A DNA stretch of 64,000 nucleotides, taken from contig CAVNZM010000013.1 in NCBI GenBank assembly GCA_963693365.1, positions 3,500,722 to 3,564,721 of the forward strand, written 5' to 3'. This DNA is from Amoebidium appalachense. Taxonomy: Eukaryota > Protista > Ichthyosporea. The position numbers and the translations under genes are program-made. Of this stretch, positions 11,950 to 37,862 are shown piece by piece (position 1 is the first letter of the stretch; every line of letters begins with the position of its first letter). The notes below the pieces were generated by a model that saw only the letters and a program-made list of their open reading frames with translations, did no database searches and was not told the DNA's origin.

Positions 11950-12830
11950 GATGCGAGGTGAAAAGGGAAACCGGGGACGGTTTCATGCATGTCACGGGTT
12001 CAGCTTGTATATGTAGCTGGCAAGACTTACGTGGGTACCTCAAAGATGCTAGCAAGCAAACTTACTGATTTGAAGGCAGGTAAAACGTAAACGTCCTTTG
12101 AGTTGGCAAGAAGTTTATTGATTTTTTGCTTTATGCTCCCAACAGTAGTTTGTGTGAGTAGCACATGTGTGCTAACTAAACGTTCATGACAACCTGTCAA
12201 ACTTCGTTTTTCAAACAAGAACGACGCACGCACATTGAGTAGTACGTGATGCAGTGAGTACAGTTTTGGTGAAATGAGTGTTGATTCTCGTGGAGTTTTT
12301 GTTGCACTGGTTCTTGAATTTTTTCTCGGTCATAGCCCAAATCGTCACACCGTTAAAACTGATCTTATGGAAAACAACTTGACTCTTCTTTCCACCTTCC
12401 AAACTCCGCTAACGTCTGGCTGCTGTGGGCAGCACGTCGGGCTGTTGCAGAGCTGTGGGCCGGAAGTGAAAAATGCGATCTGAACAATGACCTAGTTGGT
12501 GGTACCCTTTCAGCCAATCACAGTCTACTTCACTGAGCCGGTGAGTGTAATGCATGATACTGTCCTTGTAAAATGCGATTGATTGGTTTGCATGTATTCA
12601 GAGGAGTTGAGGAGCATATTCTTTCCTATCATCGGAGTCCATCATCCTCCTTGCCATAAAAAAGGGCTTGAAAGAAAAAGAAAGAAAGACGAACCACCGA
12701 TTTTGAGCTTTATGGGTGAATGTTATAGGAAATGTACAGTAAATTGGACTGAAGAGCTTCGGGCGTACCGTTGTTGGACCAATCAACTCGTGTCAGTCAT
12801 TCCGTCATTAGTGCCGGCATATTTATCTCC

Positions 12831-12960
12831 ATCGATTCAGTCGCACATCGATTCAGTCGCACATCGATTCAGTCGCACACATCGATTCAGTCGCACACAT
12901 CGATTCAGTCGCACACATCGATTCAGTCACACATCGATTCAGTCGCACACATCGATTCAA
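12831..12960. repeat. 16-18 bp minisatellite (ATCGATTCAGTCGCAC[AC]) x7 plus a partial copy
   Basis: Directly visible tandem copies just upstream of LINE ORF1. Confidence 0.95.
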
Positions 12961-13064
12961 ATGTCGCTCTTTATTATCTGCTAATAAATAGTATCCTTCG
13001 CGCATCCACCCCTAAACCAGGCCATCCGTGGCCCTAAGGGCCGGGGAACACCCCCATCCATGTC

Positions 13065-14249
13065 ATGGCACATGCCTATAATCGTTTCAGAACCTCTTTC
13101 AAAGTTCCATCTACACCCATCACACATGTGCGACCATTAAAACGTCCAGCAGATACACCTACCACAGATGCACAACCAGAAAAACATCGCCTTAGACTAA
13201 GCGCAACACCTATTTACAATACACTACCCATTCAGAATAACACCACACCACTCCGTAGAAACACAATAACAACCATGCCGAAACTTTCGGTTGATACAGT
13301 ACTGGCAGAACTTGCCCTCGTTAAGAAACAGCTAAATGAGCTGTTACCACTCAAGAACATGATAGAAAAACTCCAAACAGAAAATACCCAACTCAAGCTC
13401 ACCATTGATTCACTCACAGCCCAGCTAAACATTAGTGGATCGCAAAACCCCAAAACTCATGAGCAAACATCTCGCGACGGAGACATTTCCACCCCAACAC
13501 AAAACAACACAGGACCGGAAGCACAGCTCCCGGCAGAGTTCCTAGAATATGCGAACTCTCGTAAAACACCCGAGCTCCGCCAAATTGCCAAGGAAACATA
13601 TGCCAGCATTCTTGCAGGCAACGAGTACCGCCGCAACTCCCCTCCCAAACCGCCGGCTAAGGGGAACACCCAAGCAAACGGTAACATCAACATCCCACCC
13701 AAATACGAGAGGGTGTATTTCAAAGTCAAGCACGGCAGACGCCCACACAGGGCCATGTGGTCCATCTTCAAGGCTCTCGGCTTCCGGTGCTCTCGCATCC
13801 TTTGTCTGTCCTTCATTGGATACGATGTGCTGGAAGTAGCAGTACGGGGCGACTATAACCGTGCGTTCATCCGTGACGCGACAAAGGGGTGTGGAAGCTT
13901 CTTCACCCACCTCCCAAGCTACGACCCATGCGCGCCGGAAAACATTCAGAAAGCAGACAAAGAACGTAAAGTGTCTGCTAAGAATGCGTGCGCCACACGT
14001 TGTCGTGTACGCATCAGCAAGGCAAAAGAGTTCCTCGCAAAGTTGGAAAACGATGCTACGAGCGTGATAGACACGGACACGAAGGAACCAATGTTTTCTG
14101 GTGAGAAACTGCTCGAGCGCAAACGCCGATGCGAGATGGAAATCGAGCTCTTCTGCGAACTGTTCGCGCTGGCGGAAGGTCGTGCATACGACCCCGTAAG
14201 CGACAAGTGGGAACCAACCCCACAGGTGTCGGACCAAACCGATGCCTAA
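13065..14249 (+). CDS. LINE ORF1 protein
   Basis: 394-aa ORF directly upstream of, and overlapping by 8 nt, the APE-RT ORF. Coiled-coil heptads (LAELALVKKQLNELL..IEKLQTENTQLKLTIDSL) are followed by a basic alpha/beta domain. Confidence 0.85.
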   Translation: MAHAYNRFRTSFKVPSTPITHVRPLKRPADTPTTDAQPEKHRLRLSATPIYNTLPIQNNTTPLRRNTITTMPKLSVDTVLAELALVKKQLNELLPLKNMIEKLQTENTQLKLTIDSLTAQLNISGSQNPKTHEQTSRDGDISTPTQNNTGPEAQLPAEFLEYANSRKTPELRQIAKETYASILAGNEYRRNSPPKPPAKGNTQANGNINIPPKYERVYFKVKHGRRPHRAMWSIFKALGFRCSRILCLSFIGYDVLEVAVRGDYNRAFIRDATKGCGSFFTHLPSYDPCAPENIQKADKERKVSAKNACATRCRVRISKAKEFLAKLENDATSVIDTDTKEPMFSGEKLLERKRRCEMEIELFCELFALAEGRAYDPVSDKWEPTPQVSDQTDA

Positions 14250-17200
14250 TTTATCCTTTTTCTTCTGGAATGCTCGGACACTGGGCCCCCAAAAGGGCCT
14301 CCCCCCCGGGACACTCGACGATAAAATCAGCTACATACAACAACAGACAAACAACCACACGTTTACAGTGATTTGCGAAACACAGTTTAAAAACCACCAC
14401 AAATTCAACTCTACATTGGTCGACACATCCACACACCCCGGTTACGCGAAAAACCGAGGCATTATTGTACTTGCCGCACCACACGTGAGAGTGAAGTGCA
14501 AACCGGTAGCAAAAACGGAATTCTCGGTTTCTATAGAGTTTCTTTCTAATGTTTTTACTTTTGTATATTACCCACCATCTATGTCGGTTGTCGAATTGAC
14601 TCACGAGTTGTCACAGTTACCAATGTCCACTGTTATTTTAGGTGATTTTAACACGCGACTCCACCACACAGACACACTGCAAGTGAGTGTCGGGTACCCA
14701 TCTAAGCCCCCGGAGCGTGCTATCCCTTTAGCAAGGTATGTCCAAAGTCACACTTTGCGGTTCCCTCAAATATCCCATGCCCACAACACCGACTGGGGAG
14801 TGGCCTTTTGGCCATCAACCATGTCAAAACTCTCTCTCCCTCCTAACCTCTCTAGGTCATCTGACCACTCTCCTATCCTTTTCCTACCTAAGATCTCCCT
14901 TGATCTGCTCCCCCCTCCCCCTCCCACCTTTCGCCTCCGTCTATCCCAGCTTAAGTCACAGTGGGGTAGAGTTGATGTATGTGTATGCTATGCTACGAAA
15001 CACCCTATATATATGCGCCTATTAGAATCTGCACAAGCCAGGCCAGATTCACATCTCGTACTAGATACATGCACTAACTTTATTGTTGATGATTTGATAG
15101 ATCTCGGTGATTATGCTGGCGGTGGTAGGAAGGAATATCCCGATGCTCTCTTGTTACCAAACACCACTCCCGCTAGACTAGGTGAACCCCTGTCTCAAAA
15201 GGAAAGCTTGCGCCGGCTTGCTAGTATGAATCGATTTGGCCCCCCTGCTCGTATTATTGGTGATACCACTGGAGACCCCCTCATAGACTCTGATAAGTAT
15301 TTCTCGGAACTGTTTAAAGATAGGACCCCCGCTCAGAAACCTATTGTGTGGCCTGTAGACCCATCTATCCCCATAGAATCGATCCTCCCCTTTTTCAGTC
15401 CCGATGCCATATGGTCTGTGATATCTAGTTATAGCTCTAGTAAGTCTTGTGGACCTGATGGACTCCCTGCTGGGTTTCTTAAAATCCTTGTTCCCTCCTA
15501 CCCACAAAAGGAAAGTGATCGTGCTATTAAACCTGATCTTACTATCATGTTAAGCTCTCTCTTTTCTTGGTGTGTTAAATGTGGACATGTCCCGTCATCT
15601 TGGTTAGATACCTTAGTGATCCCCATAGTTAAGAAGGACTCTGAGGGCCCCATATCATCCTTTCGCCCCATTACACTAACCCAGGTTGTTCGTAGATTCT
15701 TTGAAGCTTGCTTACTTAGGTTATTTGCACATCACCCTAGGTTTCAATCTATTCTTCACATACACCCATGCCAATCCGCTTTTCGTAAAAACAATTCATG
15801 TTATGTTCAAATAATGGCACTGCACGATTCTATGCAAGTTGGTGCACAATATGTTGGCTTTATTGATTGGAAAACTGCTTACGATTCTGTCTCCCCTGGT
15901 CTCCTATGGGAAAAGCTTGCTGCACGGGGTGTACCACACTGCATTGGTGTTCTGTTAGAAGCACTCTTGTCTCAAACCTATGGTAGAGCTGTGGTTAATG
16001 GGCATCTTTCATATGGTTTTGCTCGTACTAGAGGTCTCTTGCAGGGCTCATTGCTTAGCCCCTTTTTGTTTAACCTATTTATAGATGATTTGGCTGTCAA
16101 GATTTACGCCGAAAACGATGACCCTATTAATAACTTTCCGCCTGCACTTCTCTATGCTGATGATCTGTCCCTCCTTGCCCGTACCCCTAGACGCCTGCAA
16201 AGATTGTTCGATGTAGTGTCAGAGTGGTGCAAGGCAAACCTTATGATCCTTAACATAGACAAATGTGGTGTTCTTGTACCTGATATAGCTAACAATTTAC
16301 ACACATTTACATTATCATCTAAACCTGTACCTATAGTTCCAGAATACAAATATCTTGGTGTTCCGGTTGATTCTGTTGGTGTTATGTTTCCCCATATGGT
16401 CGAAAAGAGGGTAGAGTTGGCTCGTAAGCGGTTAGCTTTCTTCTCGGCTAATATTTTTAAAGACACACCCCTCCATCCTTCTATTAGACTTACATTTATT
16501 CGCACTTTTGTCTTCCCGGCATGTGAATATGGTTTACCCCTTCTCGCCGCTTGGATCAAGAAAGAGAGAACTAGAGCGCTTAAACCCTTGGCAAATTTCC
16601 TTGAAGCAGAAGTTGCCTCCTTTCTATCTAACAACTGTTGTAAACCTGGGCCTGTAACGCTCTCGATATATGGTCTGGTCCCAATAGCTGCTAGAGTATC
16701 CTATCTCGCGCTGAAATTCAATAAGCACATAAGCCGCTTAAAGAAGTATTTGCCCTCCCACCCTCTCTTCTCTATCCGACCTGTCCCCTCCTCACCTCTC
16801 CCCTCTTTCCTCCCCTCTCTCTCCCCTTCTCCCCTGGGCACAAATACAAATAAACCCCGCAATAGTGTGTGTGTGACTTTGGACTGCCACTTACTTATTA
16901 AACATGTACACAATCACAAGATAATCACGCAATATAACAAATGGAAAAAGATACCAAACGACACTAGACCCGATGAAAGCATACACCTTGAAAAACTAAG
17001 CCTTATGTCTCGTTTTATATATACTGACCGCCTCAACCATATTGCCAAATATGGCACTCGCAAGTGTATAACACCTAAATACATATTACCTTCCTGTAGA
17101 ACTGGTCTTTCTCTAGCTGATGGTATTATTGATCAATTACCACGCTTTTACTGTACACGTGCTATACAGTGGAGATCTAATAAGTATAAGGTGGCATCAT

Positions 17201-17436
17201 TTGCATGCCCAAACAACACACACACACACCAGTTTAACCGGTCATGTATCGCCAAATGTAGTTTGATAGACCACATAATACCGCAACACACACACGTCAC
17301 ATTCACAACAGACACCCAGAAAGATAGCCTACCTGTAAATTACAACATCCTTGATTTTATACTAAACACGCGTAACTACGACCTGTTTATTAGATGTATT
17401 GATTGGCTTGAGAAACACATCACTACAAAATTATAG
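14242..17436 (+). CDS. LINE ORF2: apurinic-like endonuclease plus reverse transcriptase
   Basis: 1064 aa with no stops. APE motifs WNAR, ICET, ILGDFN, SDHSPI; RT motifs KSCGPDG, FRPITL, QSAFR, FIDWKTAYDSV, GLLQGSLLSPFLFN, LLYADDL, YKYLGV; C-terminal Cys/His cluster. Confidence 0.97.
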   Translation: MPNLSFFFWNARTLGPQKGLPPGTLDDKISYIQQQTNNHTFTVICETQFKNHHKFNSTLVDTSTHPGYAKNRGIIVLAAPHVRVKCKPVAKTEFSVSIEFLSNVFTFVYYPPSMSVVELTHELSQLPMSTVILGDFNTRLHHTDTLQVSVGYPSKPPERAIPLARYVQSHTLRFPQISHAHNTDWGVAFWPSTMSKLSLPPNLSRSSDHSPILFLPKISLDLLPPPPPTFRLRLSQLKSQWGRVDVCVCYATKHPIYMRLLESAQARPDSHLVLDTCTNFIVDDLIDLGDYAGGGRKEYPDALLLPNTTPARLGEPLSQKESLRRLASMNRFGPPARIIGDTTGDPLIDSDKYFSELFKDRTPAQKPIVWPVDPSIPIESILPFFSPDAIWSVISSYSSSKSCGPDGLPAGFLKILVPSYPQKESDRAIKPDLTIMLSSLFSWCVKCGHVPSSWLDTLVIPIVKKDSEGPISSFRPITLTQVVRRFFEACLLRLFAHHPRFQSILHIHPCQSAFRKNNSCYVQIMALHDSMQVGAQYVGFIDWKTAYDSVSPGLLWEKLAARGVPHCIGVLLEALLSQTYGRAVVNGHLSYGFARTRGLLQGSLLSPFLFNLFIDDLAVKIYAENDDPINNFPPALLYADDLSLLARTPRRLQRLFDVVSEWCKANLMILNIDKCGVLVPDIANNLHTFTLSSKPVPIVPEYKYLGVPVDSVGVMFPHMVEKRVELARKRLAFFSANIFKDTPLHPSIRLTFIRTFVFPACEYGLPLLAAWIKKERTRALKPLANFLEAEVASFLSNNCCKPGPVTLSIYGLVPIAARVSYLALKFNKHISRLKKYLPSHPLFSIRPVPSSPLPSFLPSLSPSPLGTNTNKPRNSVCVTLDCHLLIKHVHNHKIITQYNKWKKIPNDTRPDESIHLEKLSLMSRFIYTDRLNHIAKYGTRKCITPKYILPSCRTGLSLADGIIDQLPRFYCTRAIQWRSNKYKVASFACPNNTHTHQFNRSCIAKCSLIDHIIPQHTHVTFTTDTQKDSLPVNYNILDFILNTRNYDLFIRCIDWLEKHITTKL

Positions 17437-17440
17437 CGCA

Positions 17441-17509
<69 letters not shown>

Positions 17510-17541
17510 CCAGCTGATACCGAGTGTCCCGAGGGGAGCCC

Positions 17542-17604
<63 letters not shown>

Positions 17605-18517
17605 GGGGAACCCCAACTAATTGATTTCTCCTTGTAGTCTTTATGGTGTCTCGTAGAGAAAGTAAACCCTGATATATAGTCACCACCCGACATCTATGTA
17701 CGTGATCATGATATACCGCTGAGGGGATATTCCGAGCAAAACCCCCCCCCCCCATACCTGAGACTGGTTCTCTTTGCCTCGAGTAAACAGCGTAAACCCC
17801 TTATCCCTAACCCACTTAAGAAGCTTCATCTCTGCATGTGGAGATTTCGAGCGCCTTATAGATCAAAGTGGACCAGAAAGTGTAAAAAGTGTCAGACAAA
17901 AAAGGGTTGTTTTAGGTATTGTTTTAGGTATCAAATAGGGCTTGCGGGATTTATTGACCTGCTGAGGATACGCGTATACATGCAAACCCGCGGCCGAAGA
18001 GGTAAACCTAACGGGCAATTGTCGCCCGGCTCAGTTTTGATGATACACTAGCGCAGGGCCTTGCGGGCTGTTCAGAAAAAAACTATGAACGCCACAGACA
18101 AATAACCGGTACAAAAACAGGCTGCATCTTTACTGACTATAAATTGTTCTGCTCAATAATATTTCATAGAGACAAAGGGAACTACGGCCATCTTAGATGC
18201 CCGTGTTGGGAATCTGTCCACAGCTGTTACGTACGCGGGTATTTTGGCGGGAACTTTGGCGACTGGTGATTTCACACCAATCAACATTCACTGTCTTCCC
18301 AGGAGCACCTCAAGGTTTCAATGGCATGCATGTTTCACACAGTCACAGACACTTGTCACAGACTCATAGTGTCTATGTCGCGTTCATTTCCGTTCGGACA
18401 TGAAAGGGCATTCACTTGACGGACACACAAAAACCTCCTTCGGGTAGACGGCTAGGTGTTTCTGTTATCGTTAAGTTGCTTGGTCTTTCTTAACATCACC
18501 TTAGCGAAGGGCCGACG

Positions 18518-18555
<38 letters not shown>

Positions 18556-18598
18556 CCCCCAACTTGCCACCCCTCTCCCCCTCTGCAATGATACCGCC

Positions 18599-32806
<14,208 letters not shown>

Positions 32807-33398
32807 TTGGTCGGAAATGGCTTCACATTTTCTTTTAAAAAAATAAAAGCGAATTATATTATGAAGCTTGGAAGGTTCGATGGCTTTTCTATTGTTCTGG
32901 GGTCAACTTACATGTGTCTTCTGTGTTTGTTCTTTTGGGCAGAAATGGCATGGTGTTGTCCGTTTTGAAAGTGTACGTAAATATTCCAGATCTGTATTAC
33001 ATTTAACACCACACCCCCCCCCCCCCCTCCCTTCCCTCCTCCCCCAGTCAGGCGTCTTCCCCTTCTTCCCTCCCCGTCTCATCGTGTACTATTAGCCCCC
33101 CCCCCCCCCCCCCCCCCCACCACCACCACCACCACCTTTTCCCTCCCCGTTCCATCCGAGTCGACCCCCCTCCTCCTCCCCTTCCCCCCCCCCCCCCCTC
33201 TCCCCCCCCACCCTTTTGTGCCATTGTCGCTTCCGTCAAAGAGCGATCGAAGGTGATGCATGCTCTGCACGTGTTACATGCGTAAAGTGCAATTATCTCC
33301 ACAGTAGTGAATCAGTACTGGCAGAACGGACTACGAATCACAATAAAAACAAACAGAGGCATTGTAGCAACCCGAACATACACGGACTACCCCCGTGA

Positions 33399-33429
<31 letters not shown>

Positions 33430-33449
33430 ACAGACACACACACACACAC

Positions 33450-33784
33450 ACACAAGACAGTGCCAACACGGGCCATGTTAAAACGTTTAAATGTTTGTTT
33501 TTTGTGTCCAGATAGTTTGACGAAGGACTTTGACCATGAATCACCCACACGTGCAACCATGTACCTGATTGATTTAGGTGCCCAGCCTCCCCCCCCCCCC
33601 CCCCCCCCCCCCCTTCCCCCCCCCCCCCCCCTCCTCCTCCTCCTCCTCCTCCCCGCCTTTCTTCTCCTGACTTTCCGCTCCTGAAGAAGGGCTCTACGTG
33701 AATGAATAATGCATTTTGTATTGTCATTTTCATTGCAAAGTCTGCATGGTGCTGTCCGTCATGAGTTTGTTCCTCATACACTAT

Positions 33785-33818
<34 letters not shown>

Positions 33819-35551
33819 AGCGGTGGACCACAGTCTTGTAGTGCCGTGCAGCAAACCCCAGAGCATGCTGGCGGCAAAGACCTTCAGCACCGTATACGAC
33901 ACAAAGCAAGTCATAACCCCAAAGAGACAAACATGGAGGCATATCCAGTGATAATGATAGTAGTAACCACCATCAATTGTAGTAATAATGGAAGTGATAT
34001 ATAACTATGCCTTATTATTTATTAGCACCAATGTTAGTGATATCGAACAACCACAATTACTACACAACAACCATGCCGGCTTTATTAGGAAACAGTTGGT
34101 TGCAAAGCGGCAGGGGGGAGGGGGGGACAGAGCCAAAAGTGGGGGGAGGGAGGGGCGGAAGAACCGCCGGGGAGGGGGGGGGGAAGGGGGTGCAGAGGGG
34201 GAGGGGAGGGAGGGGGGATACGGGGGGGGGTGGGGGGCGGCAGAGTCGAAAGGGGAGGGGGGAGGGGGGGGGGGGAGGGGGGGGGGGGGGGGGGCAGAGC
34301 CAAAAGGGGAGGGTGGGGGGGGGGGGGGGGGGGGGGGATTATAAATGAGTTAGATGACATCGGCAAATGCTGACTGAAAGCGGATCTAAATGTGTGTTGC
34401 CAATGGATGAAATTGGGTTTATTCGTATGTCTATGGTGGTGGGGGTGTGCTAACTGCTCCAACTTGATTGGCTCACATTGGTGGTTTATCCTCCCAGCTA
34501 TTGGCTGGGCATTCTTGCAGCCGAACTGTGTGTGCGAATGAGAGACGACCACAGTGTACGAGCGCATTCCAAAGACACCAGTTAGGCAACCTCCCCCTCC
34601 CTCCCTTCCCCCCCCGCCCCCTCCCCCCCCCCCCCCCCCCCTTCCCCCCCCTCCGTCACACCCTGGATGGATTGTCTTCCCCCTCCCTTCCCCCGGATTC
34701 CCCGCCCCTCATATTTCCGCCGTTTGCTGCTTTTGAGGTTTCCCCTCACGTTGAAATGCCGTCTACTGTGTTAAGTTCGTTATTTAGGTTTCATGTACTA
34801 CAGAGTTCATCAATCGCATCTGCTACGTTGTTCATTGTGACTGCTGCTGCCCCCCCCCCCCCCCCCCCCTCCCCCCCCCCCCCCCCCCCCCCCCCCCGGC
34901 TCCCCCTTCACCCGAAAAAAACAAACAAAAAGAAATAGTTTGAAAGCCTCTGAGGCTGGCGCCCTACCTTTGTTTCTTTAGTTTCTTTTTTTCTTGATTG
35001 GCACACACTCCTCCTCCTACTTCCCTCCCCCCCCCCCCCCCCCCCCCCCCCCCCCTTTCTCCCCCTTCCAAGGATAGCGCCATATTGTTTTTTTTTTTTT
35101 CAAAAGATGGTTTGACTGGCCCCCCCCTCCCTCCTCCCCTTCCCCCCCCCCCCCCCCCCCCCCCTTCCCCTTCCCCACCCCACACACAAACACACAAACA
35201 CACACAAGAACCCCCGTGATTAGAGGCTCTGTTAAAGCATCATCTGCCAGCAAGTTCTGCTCTTATCTTCTTTGATTTCTTGTCTTTTTTTGTTCTTCAA
35301 TAGTCACGGCTTCCATTGTTGCCGACCTCTAATACATACATTCACTTCCCTTTCCCCCCGCCCCCTCCCCCCCCCCAACTTCCCCTCCCTCCCTACCCCC
35401 CCCCCCTCCCCCCATTCCCCCCCCCTTCCCCTCCGCCCACCCAGGTGGGCTACCGTACCGTGTCCAGTGGGAGTGTTGAGAATCGACCCAAGTCCTGCCC
35501 AATGCCTCAAAACAGAGACGACCCGAATGTGCTCGTGGCTACAGGTGGGTG

Positions 35552-35588
<37 letters not shown>

Positions 35589-35696
35589 AACACACACACA
35601 GACACACACACCGCCACCATCAAACGGGGAAAACATGCACACCCACATGCATGCACGTGCACACACACACACACAAAAATGCACGGTCACGCACAG

Positions 35697-35752
<56 letters not shown>

Positions 35753-36179
35753 TCAACGCATGCTTGGGGCACAATGGGTGTGGGGGTGTGGGACGGTGTG
35801 TGTCTGAGGGAAGGGGCGGGGGAGAGGGGGGAGGGGGGGGGGGGAGGGGGGAGGGGGGAGGTTTAATAACCTGTGAAAGGATAAATGGAAACGTTGAGAA
35901 ACGCCAATTTTTTTATTGGTGCTCCTAAAATTGTTTTGATGCAATGAAAGCTCTGAAAATCCATCTTGCAAACCTGTGCTTAGGTGAACTTATAAGGAGG
36001 TTGCACCAGTGAGAGCTAACATACCTACGGATGCACACACGAGCACACGGACACAGAGACAGTCAGACCATCCCCCTCCCCCCCCCCCCCCCCCCCCCCC
36101 CCCCCCTGCTTACACACACACCCACCAAACCCGCACACACGCAAAGTTGCGCACACGGGGGCGAGCACACAAACATGCA

Positions 36180-36273
<94 letters not shown>

Positions 36274-37389
36274 CACACACACACACAGCTATGGCTCTCC
36301 TCGAAAAGCAAACGTCCTTCCGTGCTCGGGCCTTTTACTCGGTGCGCAACACTTTGTGGACGGTCCGACAAAGGGAAAGGGCTCAATTTCCTCGTTTTTC
36401 AAAAGGAAAATCCAAACCAGCAGCAGCAGTCGAACTCTGCAACAGCACAAACACCACCACCGAAATCACAAACACGGAAGTTTGGAAGAAAATTCGAAAA
36501 TCGACGCAATCCGCCACGATTGAAAAGTTCATGAACATTACCGACAAATCGAATGAGCCGGACACACATTTCAGAGATATCCAACCAGAAAATTTGAAAT
36601 TTGACAGGAAATACCCACCACAAGATGAGCTGCCTGGTGTTGGTGAGGAAATCGGGGACTTCATTCCCGAGACCCCCCCTGGAGGATGGGTCGAAGAAAC
36701 GAAAATCGAATTTTCAGACCCCACACCATCCCCTTTTAGAAAAACCCAAAACCTCAAATTTCGAAACCCACTCCCAATTCGAATATTCGGAAACAGGAAA
36801 CAGAAAAACAAGAGCCGATGGGCATTGAGTCGAAGAGAGAACTCTCGGAGTCTGAAAGATTGCCTAAATTGCCGATTACGAATGCCGAGTACGAGATTAA
36901 GATGGAAACCAACCATTTGACGACAGATACCTCACCCGCCCTGAATGCCAAGGAAACGAAATCCAAACCTACTACCGAATCGCCAGAGAGCGAATTTGCA
37001 GACCCAGGGGGTCCTATTGATCAGGAAGACACCGAGTTGGGGGTGTCTGAGACACGTGAATTTTTCGTAGTGTGCCGGGAGTGTGGGCAGCGCATAGACC
37101 CCAATTTGACGGCCGAGCATGAGGACCTCCACTTTGCTCTCTCTCTGCAGAAGGCGGAACGCTCACAGGTAAACCCCTCCACACACACACACACACACAC
37201 ACACACCGACCCCCCCCCCCCCCTTCCCCCCCCCCCCCAGCCCGAGGATGGCATCTGCTCAATATGCATATGTGAATGCCATACGGTACTTCGTACTTTA
37301 TGGCGCAACCCCCCCCCCCCCCCTCCCCAACCCCCCCACACACACACACACAAAAAAGAAAAAAAAAAAAGTACCAGGCAATAAAAGAA

Positions 37390-37427
<38 letters not shown>

Positions 37428-37797
37428 AAGATTGCTCAGGCAAACCAAGAGAGAGAGTAGAGCATGCACCTGTTCATCATGTATGAGTGCACGGCAAACA
37501 TACGGGGTTATAGGTATACAAGTACGAGCATGCTTATGCGCGCGCACACACACACATGCACGCACGCACACACATACTCAAGGATGCACGCACGTGTGTG
37601 TGGGTGGGGAGGGGAGGGGGGAGGGGGTGGGGGGTGGGTTGGAGGGGGGGGGGGGGGGGGGGGGGGAGGGGGGGGGGGGGGCGGAGTGGGGGAGCACAGG
37701 CAGTGCACAACCAAAATCATCAATGCCTCAGGTCCGTGAACACTTGGTGTTATAGACTGAAAATGAATGGAGCAGGCGGCGAGGGTAGTTTCTCTCC

Positions 37798-37862
<65 letters not shown>

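Larger units (their letters stand above)
13050..17603 (+). mobile_element. Non-LTR retrotransposon (LINE) with intact ORF1 and ORF2 and a poly(A) tail
   Basis: Two overlapping ORFs, a short 3' UTR with (CA)n, an A-tail at ~17546-17603, and a candidate 8-bp TSD CGGGGAAC (13042-13049 / 17604-17611). The 5' boundary is uncertain. Confidence 0.9.

Noticed and set aside
10853-12016. 387-aa plus-strand ORF
   Set aside because: Antisense shadow of the minus-strand ORF, extended by poly-G, with no recognisable motifs.
12831-12960. Short repeat array as a CRISPR or iteron array
   Set aside because: Head-to-tail minisatellite without spacers.
13000-13064. HDV-like ribozyme at the LINE 5' end
   Set aside because: Only two simple hairpins are visible; I could not build the nested double pseudoknot by eye.
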